Positions 12,176 through 25,468 are shown, numbered from the stretch's first letter. The stretch: 53,825 bases of DNA from Octopus bimaculoides (GCF_001194135.2 NC_068981.1:84909380-84963204), one strand, 5' to 3'. Numbers and translations are program-made. The notes: generated from the letters alone by a model not told the origin.

Positions 12176-13924
12176 CATCGAGACCTTGCTTTCCCGTACC
12201 AAAATGCCAACTTTCTGAAATCCTTGATTATGAAAATTGTCGGTGCTTGCCGAAATGTGCTTATCCACCAAACTGCGGGGTTAATGAACGACTGAATACT
12301 ACAACTTGCCGTTGCCAAAATGCTTGTCCTTTTACTCAGCCATGCAGTGATTCGCAAACTCTTGATTTGATTACATGCCAATGTGTTTCCAAATGCCCAA
12401 CATTGTATTGCCGTAATGGTGAAAAGATAAATTATGATACCTGTCGTTGTGAGCCTCGTTGTCGAAATGTGCAGTCTTGTGGTATTTCTCAAAAGTTCAA
12501 CGATATCACATGCCAATGCGAAGAAAAATGCAGTTATGCAGTTTCATGCCGAGCAAATGAAAAAATGAACTATGATACTTGTCGTTGTGAACCTCGTTGT
12601 CGAAATGTACAGTCTTGTGGTATTTCTCAAAAGTTCAACGATATCACATGCCAATGTGAAGAAAAATGCAGTTATGCAGTTTCATGCAGAGNNNNNNNNN
12701 NNNNNNNNNNNNNNNNNNNNNNNNNNNNNNNNNNNNNNNNNNNNNNNNNNNNNNNNNNNNNNNNNNNNNNNNNNNNNNNNNNNNNNNNNNNNNNNNNNNN
12801 NNNNNNNNNNNNNNNNNNNNNNNNNNNNNNNNNNNNNNNNNNNNNNNNNNNNNNNNNNNNNNNNNNNNNNNNNNNNNNNNNNNNNNNNNNNNNNNNNNNN
12901 NNNNNNNNNNNNNNNNNNNNNNNNNNNNNNNNNNNNNNNNNNNNNNNNNNNNNNNNNNNNNNNNNNNNNNNNNNNNNNNNNNNNNNNNNNNNNNNNNNNN
13001 NNNNNNNNNNNNNNNNNNNNNNNNNNNNNNNNNNNNNNNNNNNNNNNNNNNNNNNNNNNNNNNNNNNNNNNNNNNNNNNNNNNNNNNNNNNNNNTTATGA
13101 TACCTGTCGTTGTGAGCCTCGTTGTCGAAATGTGCAGTCTTGTGGTATTTCTCAAAAGTTCAACGATATCACATGCCAATGCGAAGAAAAATGCAGTTAT
13201 GCAGTTTCATGCCGAGCAAATGAAAAAATGAACTATGATACTTGTCGTTGTGAACCTCGTTGTCGAAATGTACAGTCTTGTGGTATTTCTCAAAAGTTCA
13301 ACGATATCACATGCCAATGTGAAGAAAAATGCAGTTATGCAGTTTCATGCAGAGCAAATGAAAAAGTAAACTATGATACCTGTCGTTGTGAGCCTCGTTG
13401 TCGAAATGTACAGTCTTGTGGTATTGCTCAAAAGTTCAACGATATCACATGCCAATGCGAAGATAAATGCAGTTATGCGGTTTCATGCAGAGCAAATGAA
13501 AGGGTAAATTATGATACCTGTCGTTGTGAGCCTCGTTGCCAAAATGTGAGAGTTTGTGACGTCATTAAACAACGGTTCAATGATATTACATGTCAATGTG
13601 AAAATAAGTGTAATTATTTGCCAACCTGTCGAAATGATGAACGAATAAACTACGATACTTGTCGCTGTGAATCCCGTTGCGCGGTGGTAAGCAACTGCAA
13701 TGCAAACCAAAGATTTGATTATGTGCAATGCCGATGTATCAATCAGTGCATTAGGCCACCAGTATGTACAACTGGTGAGCAGCTTGATCTCATCAACTGT
13801 AGATGTGTTAATGTCTTCTGTCCAGATGCTCCAATTTGTCAGAATGGAGAACGTTTAGACAGTACAAGATGCATCTGTACAAGAACCGCTACAGATTCAC
13901 CAGTAGTACGACCAACAGGATTAG
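12176..13924 (+). CDS. Pif-like matrix protein exon: long Cys-rich tandem-repeat region (23-aa units, 46-aa dimers); contains an N gap
   Basis: Acceptor ttgtag|12176, donor 13924|gtatat, phase 1-1, open on both sides of the gap. Unit NYDTCRCEPRCRNVQSCGISQKF/NDITCQCEEKCSYAVSCRANEKM with a 138-bp period (12430 vs 12568). Ends in Thr/Pro-rich linker TRTATDSPVVRPTGL. Confidence 0.9.
12430..13900 (+). repeat. Coding minisatellite, 69-bp monomer / 138-bp dimer
   Basis: Near-identical 138-bp units in the centre, degenerate units toward both ends of the exon. Confidence 0.95.
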
Positions 13925-15469
13925 GTATATTATTTTCCATATATATATTTTTTTTTATCAACAAATTTTAATTTATTCCCTGTTGATAGCAGTTATTCGG
14001 TTAATGTATCGAGTCATTAGGACACCACCAAAGGCCTATCTTCAAGTGACCGTTTGTGTAAGTTTCCTATACCATCTCCGAAGCCACGACAAGCTGTCGA
14101 GGCTAATGAGACATTCTTGTTTTATAGTACTGTTTGTATTAGTAGCCGTAAACATTACCTCTTCGTGGCACCGACTTAGAGTTAGGTTAAGTTGGACTTC
14201 CTTTAGCCACTCAGTGAACGAATATGGACTATATTAGGTGGCTGTCATTTGCTTTAGACAATGGAAGTAAATCACGCTATCAGATATGTCGATTTTATAA
14301 TCTAATCTTTATCTTTGTCGGCATGACTTGTTATCGCTAATATTTGGATTTTTAATGATTTCTTCCCTCTAAATCCCGTGGTCTTGTTAGGATTCTTGAA
14401 AATGTTTGTGTTTTCAATTGATAGATCTGAATAGTTTATTATGTTTCAATTGATAGATCTAAATAACAATTGATTGCTGTCGTCAAGTCTTCAATTCTTG
14501 GAAAGTTTGGGAGTGCTCGCTAAAAAAATATGTACATACTAGTGAGTTCTGTGATTTAGGCTTCACCTTTACAAAGCATAGGTGAAGAAGGTTAGATACA
14601 AGTTTATAGTGGTGTAAATGATGTGTAAGTTGTTGTTGTTGTTATCGTCTAGTCCTGATTCATCAATTCTATTATTGAAAATGCTCCATACTCGACAATT
14701 TTGTCTTTTATTTTGTTGACGTAGTGTCGACTGGCCAGCGTTAACCAATATATTCATTGTTTTTAAGTCGAGTATGATTTGAGGGAAATTTTACTGATAC
14801 TTCCACAAGGTCAAGCAAGCGAGTAAAGTCTCCTTCATTGGCTTGAAACGGGGGAATATGTAGTCTAAAGCAGCAGGGGCTAGAGAAAGAAAAGGAAGGT
14901 GTAGCCTTAAAGCGTACCCAAGTTCGATGGATTGAATATAAAGCAAGGTTCTTTCTTTGAATACATGGGATTGAAGCATTAAAGCCATTAAATTAGTGCT
15001 GGAAAAAATGCCTAGACCAATATATTATGTAAGAAGCAGTAACTTTTGTATTCATTTTCAAAGTCAGTAATCTCGTTAGATTTATTGGTCCGGTGGGTTA
15101 GCTTTGACTGAGGGCACACTCTAGAAGGTCAAAACACAGTGGTGTCTCAAAGTTTTGTTTTATCGGTGAATCACATGTGTTATGAACATACAGCGTCTAA
15201 AAGGAGACGTTCTCTGATAATGACGACTAACAGCGATTAGATATTTACGCTCGAATACGACAGAATATATCGAGAATCAATAGAAATATTATTTTAGATT
15301 CTCTGCATGAACCCCATGAGTAAATAACATCTATTTCCGAACTATATTTCATCTTTTCGTCACTAGATTATAAGTAGAAGTCAGCACAACCGAATACATA
15401 CATACATACGTAGATACATGCATACATACATACATACATACATACATACATACATACATGAAAAGAAGA

Positions 15470-16110
15470 ACTCACAGTATATAGAAGCCATACTGATCTG
15501 GATTATTAGTGAAATGTGCCAGTGAATGCCTCATAAAATGTGAATATAATGACCTGGCATAGTGATTTGGGACAAAGAGAAACTGTGTAAAGTTGTAGAA
15601 ATCAGCTGCCCAGCAAATGTTAGCATAAGGCTAAGAGCCAGTGAAAAAGGAAAGACCTACGCTGAACTATCGAGAAATCTAGTTACTCTACCCAGATTAC
15701 AAGCCCAAGTTTATACCTGTCATTATTAGGGCACTGGTATATGTAACACACTGCCTAAGTACCTATCTTGAGAAATTAAGCATCTCAGAACCAAATTCGA
15801 AAACTGTTGATCCAAGCCATCACTGGAACTCTAAATGTTTGTAAAACTTTTCAGACGTTTATCATTTAAGTATATATCTGCATGTCTAGACATGCAACTA
15901 TATGCATGAGAATACATACATAAAAAAAAATACAAGTCTGCACATACACTGACTCCAAGTACTACACATAAACGCACATACATGCAAAAATACCCTGTTG
16001 ATGTTGTTGAAATTCCAATGAAGGAGCTCTGGATCTAGGCTAGAAACCGGCTCTTCTTCTACCGACAAGAAATCTTGAAATAAAATTGAATAATGACATA
16101 TATACATACA
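15470..16110 (+). mobile_element. 3' end of an R4-like LINE with 3' UTR
   Basis: Remnants WDKEKLCKVVEISCPANV, FIPVII.ALVYV and IQAITGTLNVCKTFQTFII*; (TACA)n-type repeats on both sides. Confidence 0.7.
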
Positions 16111-16291
16111 TACACACGTACCTACCTACATGCATACATATACGCACACATGTGCGTGTGTAAAAATATATATTTATATAGTGTGTGTGTGTGTGTGTGC
16201 GTGTAAGTTTTCTCTATGTCAATGCATTCTTCCGTAATTCTTGCTTTTCATCCTTTCATTTTGTTTTATTTTCAATTCTTACTTTGAAAAG

Positions 16292-16656
16292 ATTGCAAAC
16301 CAACTGTGAATATCAACTTTCGAAGTCTTAACCAGACCAATTCGCGATTCCTACACGTAAAAGGTGTTACAACTAGATACAACACAGAAGCTGAAGATAA
16401 CTACACCGGAGTGTTCGATGGTTATTGTCAAATACTTCTTACGAAATTCAATTTCGGAAATACCATTCCTCCAATAGCCATTTCACTTCGATACCGCCTA
16501 GAAAAGAGCCAATTGGGTATGAAACCATACGCTCTTGTAACCAACAGTAATAACATGCAGACACCATCCATTTTAATCGCAGCCACATCAAGCTATATAG
16601 AATTCGGAATTCGAACACTACAACAAGGCTACAGATCAATCAAGGTTTTAGCTTCA
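16292..16656 (+). CDS. Pif-like matrix protein exon: N-terminal part of LamG/ConA-like domain
   Basis: Acceptor tttgaaaag|16292 (weak), donor 16656|gtaagt, phase 1-0. Translates DCKPTVNINFRSLNQTNSRFLHVKGV...GVFDGYCQILL...PIAISLRYR...SILIAATSSYIEFGIRTLQQGYRSIKVLAS. Confidence 0.85.
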
Positions 16657-16964
16657 GTAAGTTAAACATTTTTTATATGTATCTTCATGTACATTGACAT
16701 TATGATAAATGAAACACGCATTCGTAGGCATGACTTGATTTTTATTTTAATTCTTTGTAACAATGCAACAAAGTGTTCCCTGATAATTCTTTGTGCTTAA
16801 GTGTCCAGTTGGATTTGGGATATTCAATACAGAGATCCAAACAACCACGATGGTAAGACATTCGTAGAAACAAATAGTATAAACTTATGTTAATCGCAAA
16901 AGTCTCATATATAGTATAAACCTGTGTTAATCGCAAAAATCTCACATATATGTCTCACCATGCA

Positions 16965-17044
<80 letters not shown>

Positions 17045-17312
17045 CACGCATATAATGTTAAATGCGTTACGCTATCACATAGTTAGTTGAACCGAGAGGC
17101 AAAGAGTGAGGGGTGAAGTAGGGAAAAATAATAGTTATTACGCTAAAATCGAATGTTTGACGCTAGTTAGTTTAAGGGTGCGGCAAAGGGGAGGGAGAAG
17201 TGTGTTAGTGCTGAGAGGTAAGAGAAACGTGTAGTTAGTTGAAGAAAGAAGCGGGAAGTAAAGAGGGTACAAACATGTTAAGCGGAGGAACATGTAGTAT
17301 AATTGAAGCGAG

Positions 17313-17410
<98 letters not shown>

Positions 17411-18080
17411 GAGAGGGAGGGAGAGAGAGTGAGTGTTGATTGAAGGGAGCGCAGTCTTGGAATGCAGTTACATTATTTTAAATGTAGTATAATAGGATAT
17501 TGAGACAGACAGTAAAAATAAAGGTTCAGTTGTCATTACAGGTTTTATGTTCAGTTGTTTCTATATCTTCAAGCCGTCAATTTTTTGGATAGACAGATTA
17601 ACTGACGGATAAAAGATAAAAATGAAATGGCCTAAGCAAATAGCTGTGGATGTTACTTCTACCATTTTATGTGTAGAAGCCCAGAGACTGAATCCATGCT
17701 ATGGAACCGCAATTTCTGAGTACAAAGTTTCTGGGTACAAATACCACGGAAATTAACTTTGCTTCTCATCCTTACGGAATCGATAAAATAAAGAACCGTT
17801 CAAATGCTGAGATCGATGTAATCAGTGAATCCTCGTCTTCTCAAACTGTTGACCTTGTGCCAAAATTTGAAACCATTTTAAAAGTCTATTTACACTTAAT
17901 TTTCATAATGGTTTGAAAATGAAATTTTTATAGATATTTAACTTCATTTTATGTTGTAATTGAACTTATTACTTTTTTTAAAAAATAATATCGATAGGAA
18001 ACGAATTTTTATTTCATTCCCAGTGCCTTATGAATCAGTAAATTGACTATTATATATTCCTTCAATTCCTTGTGTTTTAG

Positions 18081-18171
18081 GGTTCTGATTGGGAATATGT
18101 TGGTTTAATATATGATGGTAATCAACTTATTGCCCAGGTTGGAGATTATGTTCAGAAGACACCTGTATCAG
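18081..18171 (+). CDS. Pif-like matrix protein exon: LamG-like domain
   Basis: tgttttag|18081, 18171|gtaata, 91 bp, phase 0-1. Translates GSDWEYVGLIYDGNQLIAQVGDYVQKTPVS, matching the LamG W-x-x-V-x-L-x-Y-D-G strand. Confidence 0.88.
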
Positions 18172-18538
18172 GTAATATCGACATTATTTCTTTTGATGTT
18201 ATTAATAAATGTGAAAAGGAAAAAAAAAAAATTCATTTAAAAAGAAAATTACATATCAATTTGTAAACACAAGCATTGTCTAATAGATCAATTATTCTTT
18301 ATAGAAAACAAACATAGTTAAGAGAACATATGTTGAGATTTTTACCAATCAGTTTTATCCATTTCTTTAACTTATCAAGAAACATCCTATAAAGAAATAC
18401 GTATCCCAAGTTCTCAAGTCCTCTCTTTAAAATATCTTGTTTCGTGTATAAAATAGTTTAAGATATATACAGTCCCATATACTGGAACGAATCTTAATGA
18501 ATTGGATTTAATTTGTTATTTACTTTTGCATTTTTCAG

Positions 18539-18618
18539 GAACAATTGAAGCAAAGTCAAATAGTTTGGTAATTGGTGCTGGTTATGGATATGAAAATTTC
18601 CGAGGAGAAATAGATTAT
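18539..18618 (+). CDS. Pif-like matrix protein exon: LamG-like domain
   Basis: tttttcag|18539, 18618|gtaatt, 80 bp, phase 1-0. Translates GTIEAKSNSLVIGAGYGYENFRGEIDY (LamG L-x-I-G...F-x-G-x-I-D motif). Confidence 0.88.
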
Positions 18619-18699
18619 GTAATTTATCACATCTTATTTTCCACTTCTTTCTCATATTCTCCCAATAAAAGTCTTGGTTTTAATACAGGAAACGTAAAA

Positions 18700-19295
18700 A
18701 AGCAGCAAGAATCTTTAGCACAGCGGGCAAAATGCTTAGTGGCACAATGCTTAGCTGCAAAATGCTCTGAGTCCAAATCCCACCGAGGGCAACTTTACCT
18801 TTCATCCTCTCGGAGTTGATAAAATAAGTACCAGCTGAGTACTTGGTTTGATGTAATCAACTTATCCCCATCTCCGAAATTACTGGTCTTATACCAAAAT
18901 CTGAAACTAGTTTAAGAAAGTAAATTGAATTTTGTCAGAAGCGTATTGCCAGCGAACTGAGAGAACTACATATAGAGGGTTGAAACCTTTTCAGTAACTT
19001 GACAAATACCTGAATTCTTAGGAAATATTTATAACATTATTCATCATTCTACTTCGTTCGAAATAGAAGGAAAAATAACAGAATTGCATGAAGAGAAACG
19101 TTAGCACGCCCGGCGAAACGCTTAGCGGTATTTCGTTTGTCTTTATGTTCTGAGTTCAAATTCCGTCGAGGTCGACTTTGCCTTTCATCCTTTCAGAGTC
19201 GATAAATTAAGTACCAGTTGCGCACTGGAATCGATCTAATCGACTGGTTCCCTCCTCCAAAATTTCAGGCCTTGAGCCAAGAGTAGAAAAGAATA
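18700..19295 (+). mobile_element. Two SINE family A copies (18700-18910, 19090-19295), intronic
   Basis: Diagnostic ttagcac.ccgggc.aaatgcttag and ctttcatcct...gataaa.taagtaccag blocks. A further partial copy lies at about 17700-17880. Confidence 0.8.
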
Positions 19296-21288
19296 TTGCA
19301 TAAATAGTTGGAGTCATATGGGAATGTATCAAATCTCTCTGCAAAATTAGGTCTTGTAAGGGCCTTTCTCGTTGTCTGGGATGAGGGTCGAACTGACTGG
19401 TTTCATTATTACTTAACACTGCATTGGGATCTACTTAAATCTACTGCGCTTGCTCTCAAGAGCCTTAGTTTCACAGTGAGACTAAATACGTACAGCTATT
19501 ATTCCCTGCAAGTATTTATTTATAACCAATGCTGTAATAGTAATCTGGTAAATGGATCACTGATTATTAATAATAAGTATTTAGGTATTTAGTTGTTTAA
19601 TCACCTGCATTACTTACTGATTGAATTCGCAGGAAATTGCTGTGTATTCTGCAGATTAGTATACCCGCTTAGCGTTATTTTCGGGAAGAATCAGTGACAG
19701 AATGTGTAATAGGCTGTAACATTGAATTTCAAGTATAATCCATCCAGTGAACTTTTGCACGCTTTCTGTCCATCCAGTTTTACCAACAAGGATTGCGTGA
19801 AACTAGGTTATCATAGAAAACATATGTACTAGATTCCACGTAGTAGAGTCCATGTGATTGCAACGCAAACTGCATTTATGGTACTCAGGTAATTAATGTA
19901 TATTTACATTGGTTTGTACATTTGAACCAAAATACAACATTACGAACTCAATAATTATGTAACATATCAGCGCTATAATATATTTGCTTATTGCTTTTAT
20001 CCTTGGACTGGTTTCACTTATCCGAATGAGGGCATGTTGGAGCACTACATCGAAGTAACTTAATCGATAATATCGGCTCTCAATGCTAATTTCCTCTTTA
20101 ATTGCTCTCTATTTAATCAAATCACCAAACATTTGCTTTCCCAATTACCATACATTACCTTTCGATATCTCGAAGCATCGATTTACACTGATGTGTAGGA
20201 AGAAAGCACAATCGCATACAAGCGTCCACAAATGCACTATTTGTCTTCTTTTCTATATCTATTTAGATTAGAGTAAAACGTCAGGAGAGTACAGAACATA
20301 TATCAATTAATAACATATCAATTAATGCATGACAAGAAGAGCAGGGATTACGGTGATTGTGTGATTCTTGTTCTTTTGGTATTCATTACGTAGAGAACTA
20401 GCTAGTAGTCTTTCAGTAATAGTCCTGGCTTCCTGAACACTTAGTTGAAATCGCGCCTAGAGCAACCCTGCCGTTCATCCTTTTGGGGTCAATTGAAACA
20501 GAATACCAGTTTAATGTTTTGCTCAATATTTTTGTCTCTTTCTATCTTTCTCTGGTTCTTTCTGCAAGAAATGTGTTGTTGTTAGACCTGGATAGGGATG
20601 AATCCACCAGGCTTTGATGAAGAAGACATGTCATAAGTTATGACAGTGACCATGAAATTCTATCACAAGTTGAGAGACCGATGCAAGGAAAATATACAAC
20701 ACACGTGTACATCGTACACATATTCGTGCAAACACACACACACCTTGTACCTGTACGAACACACACACACACACACACACACACCTAGATATACAAACAC
20801 GCACACACATATATACACACACACGCACGTACAAGTGCACGCACGCGCACACACGTGCTCTCAGACACGCACGCACAAATATTTTTCAATAAGTTCAGTG
20901 AAGATAAGACAATTTGTTACGGTCTTAGACCTATTTGGCTCACTTCATTTAGTATTTCCCACTTTAACCACGTGTACTTTACGCAGAAGACTACGCACAG
21001 GAAATCTTTTTAAATTGTTTAACATTTTATGTTTTGCAAAAAATCTACCCATTTTGTCATTCGTTTCTAATGTCAAGTGCGTACAGCTTCTACTTTACTG
21101 AAAAGGTTTTACATAATCTAAAACATGTCTGACGTTTTACAAACTCAAACTCACACTTCATTGCATACACACATTCAGTTTCGGTTTCAGAGTCCTGTTC
21201 ATTACGCGCGTGATTTTTTTTCTTATTGATAAAACTATTTTTTCCGGCTCTCTGCATTAGAAATGTTAGCGAGTTGTTAAATATTATA

Positions 21289-21427
21289 CAGAGCCGTCAT
21301 AAGGCATGTGCACACTGGGCACTTCTGATCTATCTCTGCTGTAGCTTGATATCAAGAAGCAAATATACGAATAGTGCCCAGTGATTTGATTTGCTCTTTG
21401 GCTCTTAATGTTGCTAAGACGGCCCAG
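21289..21427. mobile_element. Small palindromic MITE-like element
   Basis: Outer inverted repeat gccgtc/gacggc; inner perfect 11-bp inverted repeat cactgggcact (21313) / agtgcccagtg (21373). Confidence 0.45.
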
Positions 21428-22092
21428 AATATATGTTTTTTTATGTTGAGGTAATTCAAGGAAATTGCTTCGTGTGTTTTATTACATATAACAGAACAGC
21501 TGTGCTTTACGTCTGACTAGTGACGCTAATCCAAATATCGCTTGGTCTATTCATGTTCGAATTATTTTTTATTTTTATAATTAAGCAAATACGAAACAGT
21601 CAATTAAGAGTCTCTTCACTAATGCTTTATGTACTTGAATCGGAAATCAACCGTGAATGTCTGTTTACTCTGAATTACTTGTTTCTGATATATGCTGTTA
21701 ATAATCTCCTCTTCTATTTCTTAGCTTTAGCTTTTGTTTTGATCTTTGACTCTATCAAACCAGTTTTAAGGTATGCAGTAATGGAAATCTTAAGATGGTC
21801 ATTTTGGGATTATAAAGTTAATCTTAAGAGACTATACCTATACTGCTTTTATTTGGGACCTATCATCGAATATCTTTAGATATATTATTTCTGAAGATGT
21901 ACAATGATGTAGATTAAGTTACCGGCTCGTGTACGCAGTATAAATGCTTATATTTTAAATATATACTTTAAAAGTGAGGTTAATAGTGACCATCATTAAG
22001 TTAGTAACCGATAACTCATACAGTAAAGTTGTAGACTTTTCATACAAGAATCTTGTTATATTCTATTTTGTATTAACCCTATATACATATAA

Positions 22093-22167
<75 letters not shown>

Positions 22168-22545
22168 TGAGTGTGCACGAGCATGTTTGTCAGTCTCCCC
22201 ACTCCGAAGATGGAGACCGGATTTACGGTGATGTTTATATGTATTCACTACTGGTTGCATATCCTTGACTTTTAGTATATTCCATCTGCCAACACATATA
22301 GTATGTAATTCTGAACCCCAGAAACAGTCAGAAACAGCTGCCGGACCATGAAATACCATACCTTCTCCTGTTAATGTTCTGTCCTTTGTGTACTCCATGC
22401 AAATCCGTTTTATAAATAGATACATATCTGTACGCTTAGACATGAATGTTCATCCGAATATCTTCACGTTTTGTTTCTCTCTCCATCTATGTATCCCTAT
22501 ATATATTTACATGTATATACACGCACACGCACGCACACACACACC

Positions 22546-22576
<31 letters not shown>

Positions 22577-22742
22577 ACACAAACACATACACATATATAT
22601 GATATATGTGTGTGATTGTGTGTATTTCTATATCAAGTTCAAACATGCTTGTTTATTAGCATGATTACCTCTCCCCACCTCACACAATGTATGTATGTGA
22701 ATACATACACACAAACACACACACACACACACACACACACTT

Positions 22743-22785
<43 letters not shown>

Positions 22786-23030
22786 TCCATACATGCACAC
22801 ATACATACACATATGATATCCTGCATATACACACGCGCATTGATAATTTCATTCCTATTCCTATCGAATACTCGTTTCTCTTTCACATAAAGATTACAAA
22901 AATAAGACAAAGAAAGAACGAGAGAAAGAAATAAGAAAATAATAAAGACAGGAAGAATGAATGAATAAATGAATGTATGAAAGCCATATTGTAACTCGTT
23001 CACATTTTGTACGTTTCTTTCTCATTGTAG

Positions 23031-23063
23031 GTGAGATTTTTCCAATGCAACCCAGATCCATAG
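23031..23063 (+). CDS. Pif-like matrix protein terminal coding exon
   Basis: Pyrimidine tract and cattgtag|23031; VRFFQCNPDP then TAG. Completes FRGEIDYVRFFQC. An AT-rich 3' UTR with AATAAA (about 23248 and 23329) follows. Confidence 0.8.
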   Translation: MRFFQCNPDP

Positions 23064-23779
23064 GATGAAATTCAGCTTTGATTTTCAAGACAAATATAGA
23101 CAAGTTTGAACGGAATCTAACGACGAAATTTTATTACAGTTTTCTATAATAGGAAAATAATGTCTCAGATTAACAACTTTCTCATCCAATGAAGTTGGTG
23201 CTAAATGGTTCAATATCGGTGATAAAAGTATGTTTCTTTTTCTTTCAATAAAACATTTAAATTCCGAAATAATTTTTACGCTTTCGCGACCCCCTCCCCC
23301 AACTAAATCCTTTTTTGTATATTTTATAATAAAGTGTCTCCAATATCACTTCAAAGATCTTTTCTTTTATTTTGTATTTTGAAGGCGAACACTATTATAT
23401 AGTTAACATACTGTTCCAATGAGCAGTTTCTGTTATTTTTCCTTGTTAAATAGAAATTGAATCAAAAATTTTAAAAATTAAAAAAAAAAAATGTGAAATA
23501 AAATATGTCACATTTTATTTCACATTTACAAAAAATGTGACACTTTTAGATGCGTGTGTTTTCAGTGGTCTAGAAAGATTATCAAAAGGTAAACTTATAT
23601 AGCTCTTCTTGAAACTACACACACACACACACACACATGTATGTATGCATTCATATATATATATATATACACACGCATATACATACATGTAAATATATAT
23701 ATATGTGAGTATATACATACACGTATATATATGTATATATATATATACATGTGTGTGCCTATATATGTACATGTATATA

Positions 23780-23858
<79 letters not shown>

Positions 23859-24329
23859 ATAACAATAATAATAATAATAATAATAATAATATAAATGATA
23901 TATATATATATATATGCATATATATACATACGTATATGTACATACATCTATACGTATATATATGCATATCTGGCACAGGACGTCATGAAACGTGTACAAT
24001 AAAAAATACGCAGAAATAATAGGAGGAGAGTAAAAATATCGAGAGAAAATAATTGACATGTCTCAATAGGACAATCAGCGCATGCTGAAATGATCCGAAT
24101 GATAGAGGTCGCTAAGGCGTGAGTAACAAGGGCGACAACAGTGAATTTTGACTGGAAGCGTGGGTGGCAAGGGAGTCAACTGTGAATCTGGTATATGTAT
24201 GTGAATGTGTGAGCAACAGCATGAGAATGTATGATGGTATTATGTGCAATATACTCTATGTGATCGTGCGTGTGTATACGTGTATATGTGTGTATGTGTG
24301 CGTGTGTATACATGCTTCTGTGCAAGGCC

Positions 24330-24650
24330 AGTCCCAATGAGCAATCTGACGGAAATGGAGTGATACTGAGGTGTCATTATGGAGTCTAATGTGCCGAAGC
24401 TCCTCGGCAAAATGATCAGCCAGGTATCGACCAGTTTGTCTAATATACGGGGAATGCCAATGAGAGCAGAGAATGCAGTAAACAGAGTGCTGGACATGCA
24501 AGTGAAGGAGCTGGTGACATGGAAGGAGCGCTCGCGTGTGCCAGTGAAGACGTTGGTGTCAGAAAGGAAGCCACAGGGGAAATAGAGTGCCAGGATTGAG
24601 GAAAGAGTAATTGGTCAGTAGGTCTTGTAGGTCAGCAATTTTGGGCGAGC
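24330..24650 (-). mobile_element. Decayed GIY-YIG fragment of the same Penelope-like family as 51350-53375
   Basis: PYIRQTGRYLADHFAEELRHIRLHNDTSVSLHFR aligns by eye to LYIGQTGRRLADRFVEHLRDIHLGNDTPVSRHFR. Confidence 0.8.
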
Positions 24651-24652
24651 GA

Positions 24653-24826
24653 GTAAGTCGATTACATCGATCCCAGTGCTCAACTTAAATTTATTTTATC
24701 AATCCTGAGAGGATGAAAGGCAAAATTGACTTCGGCGGAATTTGAACACAGAACGTAAAAACGGATGAAATGCCGCTTTAACATTTTGCCCGGCGTGCTA
24801 TCGATTATGCCAGCTCGCTGCCTTAA
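24653..24826 (-). mobile_element. SINE family A
   Basis: Reverse complement of head and core blocks. Confidence 0.8.
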
Positions 24827-25041
24827 ATGAAGGTAACAATTGCTAATAAAGGATGAATGTTCAGTATATCACATAGAGAAAACGTTGCTAGTATTTTAAG
24901 TTTCCTGCCAAAATATTTAAGTTATGTGTATGCCTTGGTTTATCACAAGTTTTCAGTAGCAATTGGTGTGAGTGTAACGTTCCGACTGTAAATCAACGAT
25001 ATAGCGATTGGCAATAATTTTACAGTTTAACATAGACATAT

Positions 25042-25158
<117 letters not shown>

Positions 25159-25314
25159 TACACCCACACATATATATAAAAGTATTTATATATTTTCTGG
25201 TTTCACATATATTTATACCCACACAAATATATATATATATATATAAATGTACACACACACATACACACACACTCACATATATATATGTATACACATACAC
25301 GCATATATATAGGA

Positions 25315-25468
25315 GTGGCGTGGCTGTGTGGTAAGAAGCTTGCTTCCCAATCACATCGCTTCGGGTTCAGTACCACTGCGTGACATCTTGGACAAGTGTC
25401 TTCTTCTATAGCCTTAGGCCGACCGAAGCCCCCTGGATGGATTTGGTGGACAGAAACTGAAAGCAGTC
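25315..25468 (+). mobile_element. tRNA-derived SINE family B (CORE-like central block)
   Basis: gtggctgtgtggtaagaagcttgctt...gggttcagtaccactgcgtgacatcttggacaagtgtc...gaaactgaaag. Related copies at 26806-26945 (+) and about 42258-42415 (-). Confidence 0.8.

Noticed and set aside
12430-13560. Regularly spaced repeats as a possible CRISPR array
   Set aside because: No unique spacers; an in-frame coding tandem repeat in a eukaryotic exon.
14410-14470. Short direct repeat gtttcaattgatagatct
   Set aside because: Local intronic duplication with no further structure.
16010-16055. Hammerhead-like string ccaatgaaggagc...ggctagaaaccggctc
   Set aside because: Core is not CTGANGA or a compensated variant, and stems I and II are unconvincing; treated as LINE 3' UTR.
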